Part shown: positions 18,501-26,887 of the stretch, one piece after another
Numbering within the stretch: the stretch's first letter is position 1
Layout of the letters: each line of letters starts with the position of its first letter
Source of the DNA: Candidatus Bathyarchaeota archaeon
Lineage (GTDB): Archaea > Thermoproteota > Bathyarchaeia > TCS64
DNA length: 64,000 bases
Direction of reading: 5' to 3'
Assembly (NCBI GenBank): GCA_043826455.1
Contig: JBDRQD010000015.1
Location: 1-64,000, forward strand
Translations under genes and position numbers: made by a program
Notes under the pieces: generated by a model
Told to the model about the DNA's origin: nothing
The model's database searches: none
What the model saw: the letters and a program-made list of their open reading frames with translations, nothing else

Positions 18501-19404
18501 GCTCCAGCTATACGACTACAACTCCAGTTCCTACCCAACCGCAGGCGACGGTTACACGAGTTACACAGTTGAGACGGCCGACTTAGACGAGACTAAAAAT
18601 CAGGTGATAACCAGCAGCCCTGAGAACTTCAGAAACGCCACCGGATGGTGGAAGATGAAGTTTACCGGCAAAATGTACACCCAGTTCGACCTAAACCTGG
18701 ACTACCTGGCCTTAAACACGACCTATTACTCTGAGTACACGGCTGAGACGGAGTTCATATTCACCGACATAACCGACAACCAGAGCCCCTACCTGAACTT
18801 CACCGTCGTGACCCACAACAGCGTGGACGGAGCCACGGTCACCATACAGGTCTGGAACTACACCTCATCAAGCTTCCCAACAAGCGGCCAGGGCTACCTA
18901 TCATACGTGTCCACCGGCTTCAACAACACCAGCCACCTCAACGTCACCCTGAACCCCGGCACCCTCCTCAGCGGCACCTACGCCAGGATAAAGGTAACCT
19001 CCGCCCTGGCGACCACCCTCAGCTACCAGCAGCAGACAAACTTCGTCAGGCTCCTGCAGGACGAGTCCCAGAGGCTCCACGACTACGCGTTGAGGATTAC
19101 GAACACGGGCGCGGACCCCTACACCGTGAGGCTGAACCACCTGGGCGACGCGGACATCGGCAGGCTCATCAACTGCACCATATACCTCAGCTCGGGGGGC
19201 ACCCAGTTACAGGTCCTAGACGGCATCGTAACCGTTTCTCAGGGCGGCTGGGTCGGCCTGGGCGGCTTCAGCAGCCTGGACATCCTCATAAGCGCCTCAT
19301 CTATCACGCGTGATCCTAAGAGCATGATAAGCGCCGAGGTGGAGGCCCTGAAGACAGGAACAAGCACCTACACCAAGCTACCAATACAGCTAGTCATATA
19401 CTAG
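15526..19404 (+). CDS. Giant pilin-paralog surface glycoprotein/adhesin with nested repeat domains
   Basis: CTG start after SD GGGGTGAG gives the full signal peptide MRASKRVKFILLALILGALSQAHA-LVYYG (ORF track start 15565); both ends resemble 14205; repeated EDYVD, QW...WNN...W.ID and EYTAE segments; many N-x-S/T sequons. Confidence 0.8.
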   Translation: MRASKRVKFILLALILGALSQAHALVYYGFNSGSKASITGSDVILEQGTSGTSVVYTNATSAYSEVDSHSTTFYPNDYNITQGVYVSGATPDDVMGIDNDYFIVDATGYTTSTAVYYPSIYNLLGGTTLFSGSISDVSSDNGVYMSFKSYLSDNPNIEDYVDNDTSDVDSTADKGFSSNFTDQQVGPDASYDELREQYFGGLVEDYVDLDTSDVDSSSDVGNLVDFSNMKSLSLGYSTLSEAVSPVKNVSSAESWSGTGANSHSFQYNLQSGAGNNRLVVVGVTWEDAEASASASVTFDGVPMINVASVTIGSGYSAYAGMWYMNESLLPSTTGNKWVSVSVSQAITREIYVTVAEYTGVAQEAPDDYATHANTASGNTAVTLTVADSGSIVVAVGVQGGTNSWANTNNLDNIQDALLTSFGGALGNHENAASGDITVGWNSLDTREGMVGAVWSAFTNYQLDQEIQWTNPVNYLQGAELVVMTGAHTGNEDLTVQYWSIGSSQWVTLGNLTANSWNNYTIGSYLTGLDFTIRFKGTIETGDVVQDTWQIDAAFIRLLGSGSREDYVDNDASDMDSSPDKGTHSSFASQQAGPDAVYDTLTESGKINTTLIDAESFESTWPPTGWSATGNWNREANEAYQGTYSADFDGSSSGNLVTPSFDCSGASSIYVSFWFRDDDLDDDDFLLQYWDGGQWDTIQDMNGYSEDTWHHWEQNVTDSQYFINGFQVRFVGNTVFWGETIYVDVVTIKKEVKSCELDLEVQWTNVDHLLPYEELCIYAGTTGAEDLKVEVWNTTTSSWETLLSDLTANSWNNVSISGWLTGNNFTIRYIGGTETGDSTQDQWQIDVALIKVWANETAQYTLDFEYQWTGADFWEQNEELCIYGGTMGAEDILVDVWYGDAWNNVLSDLSPGWNNVSITSYLDSSSLTIRLRGGSEASDAIRDAWLIDASLIHVWGPEYTAEVELLGTSNLYEWSQVEWTTDSAWTNESVRVELQLYDYNSSSYPTAGDGYTSYTVETADLDETKNQVITSSPENFRNATGWWKMKFTGKMYTQFDLNLDYLALNTTYYSEYTAETEFIFTDITDNQSPYLNFTVVTHNSVDGATVTIQVWNYTSSSFPTSGQGYLSYVSTGFNNTSHLNVTLNPGTLLSGTYARIKVTSALATTLSYQQQTNFVRLLQDESQRLHDYALRITNTGADPYTVRLNHLGDADIGRLINCTIYLSSGGTQLQVLDGIVTVSQGGWVGLGGFSSLDILISASSITRDPKSMISAEVEALKTGTSTYTKLPIQLVIY

Positions 19405-19811
19405 GGTAGTAACGAGTCCAGGATTTCTATAATAACGATACATACACCACACCAGCGCCAGAGCCCCAGAGGGGGGAGGGGGGTAGAGCAAGATAGACCG
19501 GAAACGGACCCCCCACGCTAAAAGGAGCCCGGGAACCGGTCCGATGCCGCATGAATCTACGCAAAAACGCTGTTCATACTATACAAAAATGCGGCACATT
19601 CATCACATCAAGCACAGGGCAACGAGGGTTGATGTGTAAAAAAACATAGGGGGGGTATCACCTAATGGCGAATTTTTCCATTATTATAAGGGTGCTCGAC
19701 CTTGAAGAGGTAACATAAAAAAATGACCCGGCGTCTAAGATTGCCCCCACAGAAACAGAGGACGCCACCACCGCGTCTAACCTTTTAAACCATCAACCCA
19801 ATGTCAACTCC

Positions 19812-20894
19812 ATGAAGCACAGGGTCGCCGTCGTCAAGACAACTGAAGGCGTCGAAAAAGCCACCAAAGACGCCATAAGGCTCCTCGGAGGCATAAGCTG
19901 CTTCATCGAGCCGGGGGAGACCGTCCTCCTCAAGCCCAACCTATACATAACCAAGGGGCCCGAGACGGGCGCCACCACCGACATGAGGGTGGTCCTGGCC
20001 ATCGTTGAATTGCTAAAGGCCCAGGGCAGTCGCCTCATACTGGGGGAGTGCCCCGCCACCGGCAGCTACACCCGGCCCGACATAGTCTTCGACGGCCTCG
20101 GCGTCAGGGAGCTCTGCCGGGAGCACGACATAGAACTCAACGTCCTTGACAGGGACCCCCCGGTCAGGGTCGAGGTTGATGGGGTGGTCAAGGACGAGTT
20201 CTGGTACCCCGAGACAGCCATGAATCACCCCGTCATCAACTTCCCCAAACTCAAAACCCACAACCTCACCACCCTCACCTGCGCCGTCAAGAACCTATTC
20301 GGCCTCCAGCAGGGCGGCACCAAGGCCCACCACCACGTCAGCGTGGCCAACGACGCGGAGGCCTTCAGCCAACTCCTCCTAGACATATACTCGGGCATCC
20401 GCGGCCAGGTGAGGCTCAACGTAGTGGACGCCCACATCGCCATGGAGGGGGAAGGGCCCACGGCGGGAGACCCTGTAGACCTGGGCCTCATAATTGCAGG
20501 CGCCGACGCCGTAGCCGTTGACCTGGTCGCCTCCAGCATCATGGGCTGGGACCCCATGGACGTGGGCACCAACTACCTGGCCAGCGTCAGGAGCCTTGGC
20601 CCCAGGGGCCTGGACGAGGTGGATGTGATAGGCGAGCCCATCGAGGCCGTCCGGCGACGCTTCCGCAAGCCCATGATCCACAGCGACGGCGAGATGTTCG
20701 TCAAGATCAGGATGCCCATAGTCTGCGACGCGACCAGATGCAGAGCCTGCGGCGTCTGCGAGAAGGTCTGCCCCACCGGAGCCATCACCGTCGCGGACAT
20801 CCCAGAGTTTACCATGGATAGCTGCATCCAGTGCTTCTGCTGTGCGGAGCTGTGCCCCCACGATGCTTTAAAGGCGGTCAGGCCCCCAGATTAA
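19812..20894 (+). CDS. DUF362 protein with C-terminal 2x[4Fe-4S] ferredoxin
   Basis: VLLKPN, PKLKTH, AVKNLFG, MEGEGP, two CxxCxxCxxxCP. Confidence 0.9.
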   Translation: MKHRVAVVKTTEGVEKATKDAIRLLGGISCFIEPGETVLLKPNLYITKGPETGATTDMRVVLAIVELLKAQGSRLILGECPATGSYTRPDIVFDGLGVRELCREHDIELNVLDRDPPVRVEVDGVVKDEFWYPETAMNHPVINFPKLKTHNLTTLTCAVKNLFGLQQGGTKAHHHVSVANDAEAFSQLLLDIYSGIRGQVRLNVVDAHIAMEGEGPTAGDPVDLGLIIAGADAVAVDLVASSIMGWDPMDVGTNYLASVRSLGPRGLDEVDVIGEPIEAVRRRFRKPMIHSDGEMFVKIRMPIVCDATRCRACGVCEKVCPTGAITVADIPEFTMDSCIQCFCCAELCPHDALKAVRPPD

Positions 20895-20897
20895 ACC

Positions 20898-21320
20898 ATG
20901 TGCATCTTCTGCAGGATCATCGAGGGAACCGCGCCAGGATACGTGATCTACGAGGACGATCTCACTTTGGCCTTCCTGGACATCAACCCCATCAGCGACG
21001 GCCACACCCTCATAGTGACTAAGATCCACGAGGCTAGATTGGAAAACCTGGACGCTGAGAACTATCACGCCCTCTTCAAGACGCTACACAAGATCGTGGG
21101 CCCAATACAGAGGGCCATGGGCGCCCCAGCCACCAGCATAAGCATCAACAACGGCCGAGAGGCCGGGCAGCTGGTGCCCCACGTTCACATCCACGTCATC
21201 CCCCGGGACACCGCTGGCAAGAGGATGTTCAGCGACGCGGTGAGCCGCATCAAGCCCCGCAGCTCCGAGTACTTCCAGGGTGTGGCTGAGAGGATCAGGA
21301 AAGAGATACAGGCTGAGTGA
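20898..21320 (+). CDS. HIT family hydrolase
   Basis: CIFCRI, FLDINP, GHTL, HVHIHVIPR. Confidence 0.95.
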   Translation: MCIFCRIIEGTAPGYVIYEDDLTLAFLDINPISDGHTLIVTKIHEARLENLDAENYHALFKTLHKIVGPIQRAMGAPATSISINNGREAGQLVPHVHIHVIPRDTAGKRMFSDAVSRIKPRSSEYFQGVAERIRKEIQAE

Positions 21321-22998
21321 GGTACTCCGGGAATGGCCACGCCCTCAGGCAGCCGTCCAGGAACACCACATCCTCAAAGCCGAGACCCCTGAGAACCCTC
21401 TCAGCGATGTAAGCCCTGACCCCGATTATGCAGAAGGTCACGATGGACTTGTCCCTGGGCAGCTCCCCATGCCTCTCCCTCAGCTCCTCTACAGGTATGT
21501 TCACGGTCCTTGGGTCACTGAAGGTCTGGGCACCGTACTCGTCCCTGGCTCTCACGTCCAGGAGGACGAAGTCTTCGCCCCTGTCCAGCATCTCACGAAG
21601 CTCCAGGGGGCTCACACCGTGGGCGTTCCCCTGAACCTTGTTCCGGAGGACGTTGGCGGCGTGGGCCAGGGCGTCGATGGCCGTGCTGTAAGCCGGGGCG
21701 TAGCCCAGATCAATGTCAGCCACACCCTTGAGGTTAGAGCCGAACTTTATGGCCGTAGCCGCCACGTCTATACGCTTCACGCCGTCGCCCTCGCCGGCCA
21801 CCTGGCAGCCCAGGAGCCTGCAGGTCTTCCTGTCAGCCACCAGCTTGATGACCGTGTACTTGGCGCCGGGTATGTAGCTGCTGTAGTCGTGCCTAGGGCA
21901 GAGGGTGGTGACAACATCGTAACCCAGCTGCCTGGCCTTGCCCTCGGTGATTCCTGTGACTCCTATGTGCCAGTCCAGAACCTTGAAGACCGCTGTGCCA
22001 GCTACCCCGGGGAACTTGGTCTCCATGCCGTTGATGTTGTCGGCTATCACCCTGCCGTGCTTGTTGGCCGTTGACCCCATGGGGGCGTACACCTTCTCTC
22101 CCGTCAATGTGTGGGTGTTCTCCACGCAGTCACCGCCGGCGTAGATGTCCTGGTCGCTGGTGCGCAGGTACTCGTCCACAGCAACAGCGCCCGTAGTCCC
22201 GATCTCAAGCCCCGCCTCCTTCGCCAGCTCCACGTTGGGCCGTACGCCTATAGCCACGATCACCAGGTCGGCCTCCACTCTTCTTCCGTCGGCTGTCTCC
22301 ACGGCTCGGGCCTTACCTGCTTCCCCGATGATCCTTGACACGGGGCTCCCGTTCAATGCCATTACCCCCTTAGATTTGAGGTAGTCCTCCAGAAGCATGG
22401 CCATCTCCGGGTCCAGCAGGTTGGGCACCAGCCGATCCATCATCTCCATGATGGTTACCTTGCAACCCCGGGCCACGAAGGCGCCGCAGGTCTCCAATCC
22501 TATGAGGCCGCCGCCGACAATGGCCACGTTTCTCGCCCCTGCGTCCACCGCGTCCTTGATGGCCTTGGCCTGGTAGGGGTTGTAGAGCCTGTGGACGCCT
22601 CCGAGCTTTACGCCTTCGATCCTGGGGACGAAGGGGCTGGCGCCGGTGGCTAGGACCAGTTTGTCGTAGGGTAGCTCTCTGGCTTCTCCTGTTCTCAGGT
22701 CCTCTACCGTCACCGTCTTCTTGTTCCTGTTGATCTTCTTTGCCTCGGTCATGTCGAGGACCGTGAAGCCCTTGTGCTTCTTGAAGTAGGCGGTGTCCCT
22801 GATGGTTGCCCCGCCCAGGAGCTCGTCGAAATCCTCTATCACGTCCTCGATGTAGAAAGGCAATCCGCAGCCCGCGTAGCTGATGAGGTCCTGGCGCTCA
22901 ACAACGGTGATCTCCGCCTCGGGGTCCAGCCTCCGGCACCTAGCCGCCGTCTTGGGCCCCGTGGCGACTCCTCCGACTATGAGTATCTTCTTGGCCAT
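21295..22998 (-). CDS. CoA-disulfide/persulfide reductase with C-terminal rhodanese
   Basis: GGVATG FAD motif, SYAGCGLP redox Cys, GGGLIG NADH motif, YAP, LLDVR...FCIIGVRA rhodanese. Confidence 0.88.
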   Translation of the reverse strand: MAKKILIVGGVATGPKTAARCRRLDPEAEITVVERQDLISYAGCGLPFYIEDVIEDFDELLGGATIRDTAYFKKHKGFTVLDMTEAKKINRNKKTVTVEDLRTGEARELPYDKLVLATGASPFVPRIEGVKLGGVHRLYNPYQAKAIKDAVDAGARNVAIVGGGLIGLETCGAFVARGCKVTIMEMMDRLVPNLLDPEMAMLLEDYLKSKGVMALNGSPVSRIIGEAGKARAVETADGRRVEADLVIVAIGVRPNVELAKEAGLEIGTTGAVAVDEYLRTSDQDIYAGGDCVENTHTLTGEKVYAPMGSTANKHGRVIADNINGMETKFPGVAGTAVFKVLDWHIGVTGITEGKARQLGYDVVTTLCPRHDYSSYIPGAKYTVIKLVADRKTCRLLGCQVAGEGDGVKRIDVAATAIKFGSNLKGVADIDLGYAPAYSTAIDALAHAANVLRNKVQGNAHGVSPLELREMLDRGEDFVLLDVRARDEYGAQTFSDPRTVNIPVEELRERHGELPRDKSIVTFCIIGVRAYIAERVLRGLGFEDVVFLDGCLRAWPFPEYLTQPVSLS

Positions 22999-23043
22999 GC
23001 CGTGTCCTTAGCAACAAAGGTGACGGTAAAGATATTTTAGGGG

Positions 23044-23844
23044 TTAGGTGCGGAGGACGCTGAAGAAGGCTCTCAGCCTGTCCTCCAAGGGCTTACCCAT
23101 GGCGTAGGTGTTATGCCCTACTTCATTGAAGAGCTCCAGCTTCACCTCTCCGCCGGCTCTCCTCAGCGCCTCGGCGAGGGGCTTCGCGTTGGTGTCCGCG
23201 GGGATGTTATCATCCTTGGAGCCATGGTATATGGCCGTCTTGGGCAGCTTCGTTCCCTTCTTGAGCTTCTGGAGCCTGGGCATGGGGTCATACTTTATGA
23301 TCCTCTTGATAGCCTTCTCGTCCGGCGTGTTCTCAGGTACGCCGTAAGCCACTAGGCAAGGCGCCTTGAACTTCTGCTCTCTGACGCAGGCAGAAAGGTT
23401 GGCTACGGCCTGCATGACGGCCACAGCCCCGGCTCTACCGGCGTAGGGGCCTAGGACGCTGTTCCAGATGAGGGCGCCGCCAAGGCCGCCCCCCATGAGG
23501 CCCAGCCTCGCCGTGTCCAGGCCCTTCACCTTGTCCAGGGCCTCCAGCAGAGCCTTGTTTGCCTCCACGGCGCAGCTGTTCCCCCAGTGGTCGCCGCAGG
23601 CGTGGCTTCCGGCGACTGCGCCGCCTGAGCCCTCCATAACGGCCTTCAGGAACGCTGTCTTGGAAGGGGTGTCCAGCCAGTCGGCCTCCCCCTCCTTCAC
23701 GTAGCCCCTGGCTCCGTGGTGATGGATGACCACGGGCACAGGCTTATCAGGGCTGAAGCCGGGGGGAGTCCACAGGTAGCACCACTCTCCGCCGGCCTTG
23801 AAGAACACCTTCTGCTCTCCCTTCTTGAGGTTAGGGACGCTCAT
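23044..23844 (-). CDS. Alpha/beta-hydrolase-fold protein lacking the nucleophile Ser
   Basis: PVVIHHHG, LGLMGGGLGG elbow, YHGSKDDNIP, VGHN. Confidence 0.7.
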   Translation of the reverse strand: MSVPNLKKGEQKVFFKAGGEWCYLWTPPGFSPDKPVPVVIHHHGARGYVKEGEADWLDTPSKTAFLKAVMEGSGGAVAGSHACGDHWGNSCAVEANKALLEALDKVKGLDTARLGLMGGGLGGALIWNSVLGPYAGRAGAVAVMQAVANLSACVREQKFKAPCLVAYGVPENTPDEKAIKRIIKYDPMPRLQKLKKGTKLPKTAIYHGSKDDNIPADTNAKPLAEALRRAGGEVKLELFNEVGHNTYAMGKPLEDRLRAFFSVLRT

Positions 23845-23928
23845 AGAACCACGTTTCGATCAGGGGCTTCTCGGCTTATAACATGTGCCTGCGATACTTT
23901 TCTAAGCACCCATACACCTTAATGGGTT

Positions 23929-24996
23929 ATGATCGACTTGTTTGAGCCCTTCCAGGTCAGGGAGCTACCTGTTCGTAACCGTTTCATGAGGAGCGCCACC
24001 ACCTCAGCCTACGCGGACGAGGAAGGCGTCGTCAGGGACGCCATCATAAGAACCTACGAGCGACTGTCCAAGGGCGGGGTGGGCCTAATAGTGAAGGGCC
24101 ACCTCTACGTAGCGGATAACGGCAAGGCCCACGACGGAATGGCTGGGATAAGCAGCGACAAGCACATACCTCGCCTCAAGGAGCTCACAGACGCCGTACA
24201 CAGGCACGGCGGCCACATAGTGGCTCAGATCAACCACGCCGGCGTGGTTCACCAGCCCGATAGGGCCGGGCCCAGCAAGTACGCGGAGGCCGACTGGGTT
24301 GCGCGCGAGATGACCGTGGACGAGATAGAGGCGGCGATACAAGCCTACGGGGACGCCTCGGAGAGGGCCATGCAGTCCGGCTTCGACGGCGTCCAGATCC
24401 ACGGCGCTCACGGGTACCTCATCAGCCAGTTCCTCAGCAAGCTCAGCAACAGACGCACCGACATGTGGGGTGGAAGCCTAGAGAAGAGAATGAGGTTCCT
24501 GATGGAGGTCTACGACGAGGTCAGAGGCCGGGTAGGCAACGAGCCGGTGCTCATCAAGATGAACTGCGACGACTTCAGCCCGGACGGCTTCACCGTGGAG
24601 GACAGCGTCAAAGTCGCGAAAGCTCTTGCGGATAAGGGCATCGATCTCATCGAGGTAAGCGGCGGAGGAAGAGGCCAGATCCAGGAGCTCAGAGTTCGGG
24701 CCAAGCACAGTGACCAGGCGTACGCTGAGCTGGCCTTCGCGGGCCACGCCGAGAAGATAAAGGCCGCCGTCAAGCCCACGCCCATGGCCCTGGTCTACGG
24801 GTTCAGGCGCCAAGAAACCATGAAGCTGGCTGTGAACCGGGGGCTGACTGATTTCGTGAGCATGAGTCGACCCTTCATAAGAGAGCCTGACTTGGTGAGG
24901 AAGTTACAGAGTGGTCAGGGGGAAGTGGGCTGCATCAGGTGCGATGCTTGCCGCGCCAACTTCGGCAAGGCCATGATGCACTGCCTCCTGGAGTAG
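23929..24996 (+). CDS. NADH:flavin oxidoreductase (Old Yellow Enzyme family) with C-terminal Cys cluster
   Basis: NRFMRSAT, QINHAG, IHGAHGYLISQFLS, RTDMWGG, SRPFIREP, CIRCDAC...C. Confidence 0.92.
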   Translation: MIDLFEPFQVRELPVRNRFMRSATTSAYADEEGVVRDAIIRTYERLSKGGVGLIVKGHLYVADNGKAHDGMAGISSDKHIPRLKELTDAVHRHGGHIVAQINHAGVVHQPDRAGPSKYAEADWVAREMTVDEIEAAIQAYGDASERAMQSGFDGVQIHGAHGYLISQFLSKLSNRRTDMWGGSLEKRMRFLMEVYDEVRGRVGNEPVLIKMNCDDFSPDGFTVEDSVKVAKALADKGIDLIEVSGGGRGQIQELRVRAKHSDQAYAELAFAGHAEKIKAAVKPTPMALVYGFRRQETMKLAVNRGLTDFVSMSRPFIREPDLVRKLQSGQGEVGCIRCDACRANFGKAMMHCLLE

Positions 24997-25032
24997 CGGG
25001 TATTTTAAAAACCCGATACCCCTCTATGGTTC

Positions 25033-26244
25033 ATGACCGAGTCGGCCGTTCAGAGGGCTCTTGGCTTCTTCAAGCGCCAGAAGAACGCCTACAAGGTAAA
25101 CATAGTCCGTAACTTCATCCAGAACTTTAGCATCGGTCTGACCCAGCAGTACCAGTCCATCTACATCTACCAGTTGGGGGCCACACCCCTAGAGGTGGGA
25201 TACGCAACCGGCGTAGGAGGCCTAGCCAGTACCCTCGTCACTCTTCCGACAGGCTGGCTGGCCGACAGGTACGGTATCAAGCGGATGCTTCTAGTAGCCA
25301 TGCCTGTGATGGCGCTGGGGTACCTGGTCTTCGGGCTGGCTCAGGGTTGGCAGATAACCATGCTGGCTCTCTTCCTCACAAGCCTCAGCTGGGACATGGC
25401 CATGACGGTGTGCCCCATGATCTGCGGTAACTCCCTGGCCAGCGCAGAGAGGGCCACAGGCATGCAGCTCTGTGATACCCTGGCGGCTATCCCCCGGATA
25501 GTGGCCCCCGTGGTGGCAGCCTTCATCATATCCCGGTTCGGGGGCATCAGCGTAGAGGGCATCAGGCCGTTGTACTGGATGGAGGCGGCTGGCCTCCTCC
25601 TAGCGGCCTTCGTCATCTACAGGTGGTTCAAGGACCCAGTCGCGGTTAGAGCCGAGCGGCGGAGCCTCTCCGAGGGTATCAGGAGGATCCTCGCCGAAGG
25701 CGTCACCGTGAAGCGTTGGATACTGTACCAGATGACATCCATGCTCACCATGTACATGGCCTTCTACGTGCCCCTTTACGCTAGAGAGGTGAAGAACGTA
25801 GACCAGTACACCCTAGGGGCCATGGACATGGCCTTCTACGTTGTGGTGGTCCTGTGCTCTGTTCCTGGTGGCATCCTGGCAGACAGGATAGGTAAGAAGC
25901 GACTCATCATGCTGGTCACCCCCCTTTACTGTGCGGCTATGCTTCTCCTGGTACGCGCTGACACAGGCCCCCTCCTCATCCTGGCGGGCCTCCTGAGCGG
26001 ATTCAACTTCGTGGCCGGGGTAACCGGGGGCGCCATAAGCGTTGAGCTGGTGCCCCGGGACCTCCTGGGCAGCTGGTTCGGCCTCAACGGCCTCTTCCGG
26101 GGCCTGGTGAGCATGGCCTCCCCGGTCCTCGGGGGCGTCATCTGGAACAGCCTGGGCCCGGAGTACGTGTTCTACTTCCTAGCTGCTACCCAGATCCTTA
26201 AACTAGGCATACTGGCGACGGTCCCGGAGCCTGGACGAGGCTAG
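25033..26244 (+). CDS. MFS transporter
   Basis: GWLADRYGIK and GILADRIGKK motif A, about 12 TM. Confidence 0.9.
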   Translation: MTESAVQRALGFFKRQKNAYKVNIVRNFIQNFSIGLTQQYQSIYIYQLGATPLEVGYATGVGGLASTLVTLPTGWLADRYGIKRMLLVAMPVMALGYLVFGLAQGWQITMLALFLTSLSWDMAMTVCPMICGNSLASAERATGMQLCDTLAAIPRIVAPVVAAFIISRFGGISVEGIRPLYWMEAAGLLLAAFVIYRWFKDPVAVRAERRSLSEGIRRILAEGVTVKRWILYQMTSMLTMYMAFYVPLYAREVKNVDQYTLGAMDMAFYVVVVLCSVPGGILADRIGKKRLIMLVTPLYCAAMLLLVRADTGPLLILAGLLSGFNFVAGVTGGAISVELVPRDLLGSWFGLNGLFRGLVSMASPVLGGVIWNSLGPEYVFYFLAATQILKLGILATVPEPGRG

Positions 26245-26780
26245 TCTTCTCCGAAATCAATGACCCTGAGGACCCTTCTCAGGAGGCTCCGTACATTTAG
26301 ATCTCTTGAGCCTGTTAGGCCGTTGGGGAAGAAGGCCGTGGCTGTGAGTAGGAAAATCAGTGGCAGCAGCCCCTTCCAGGTCTCGGCGGCGAGCCCGAAG
26401 AAGATGAAGAACAGGTTCTTCAACGTGTTCTCGGCAAGGGCTATGAATATGCCGCCGATAATGGCGCCATAGATGCTGTATAGGCCGCCGAGGACGGCGC
26501 CGCTCATGACGTTGACGATGAGGCCCTCCGTGCCCTCGATGCCTACCCCCCTATGTATTGTAATGATGCTGCCTGCGAGGGCCGAGAACGGCCAGGTGAG
26601 GTAGGGGTTTAATCCGATGATGCGGGCGAGGTAGAAGCTCACTAAGGCGCCTATGCTGGCGTACCCTGTGTGGGCGAAGTTGGGGAATCCCTCCATCATG
26701 TAGGTGAAGGTGAACCCTATGCAGAGGATTATCATGAGGGCCACGTTCAGGAGGGTCTCGGCGTCTAGGAGGGGAGCCAT
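26241..26780 (-). pseudogene. Internally deleted branched-chain amino acid ABC permease (LivH-like)
   Basis: N-terminal GFPNFAH joined directly to C-terminal AVLGGLYSIYGAIIGG...PNGL; only 179 aa; no ABC partners nearby. Confidence 0.65.
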
Positions 26781-26887
26781 TAACGGTGTGCTGGGCAGGA
26801 GGCTTAAAGCATTTTTGAGGGCCGTCGAGCCTTTTTCTTGGGATCATGTTTTTTGTTACAAGCTACTTGTAATTTGGTGAAATCGTT

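Noticed and set aside
8858..19800. Integrative element carrying the surface locus
   Set aside because: Composition shifts, but I found no integrase, tRNA target or terminal direct repeats by eye.
21280..22074. 264-aa + strand ORF
   Set aside because: Lies opposite the well-supported CoA-disulfide reductase.
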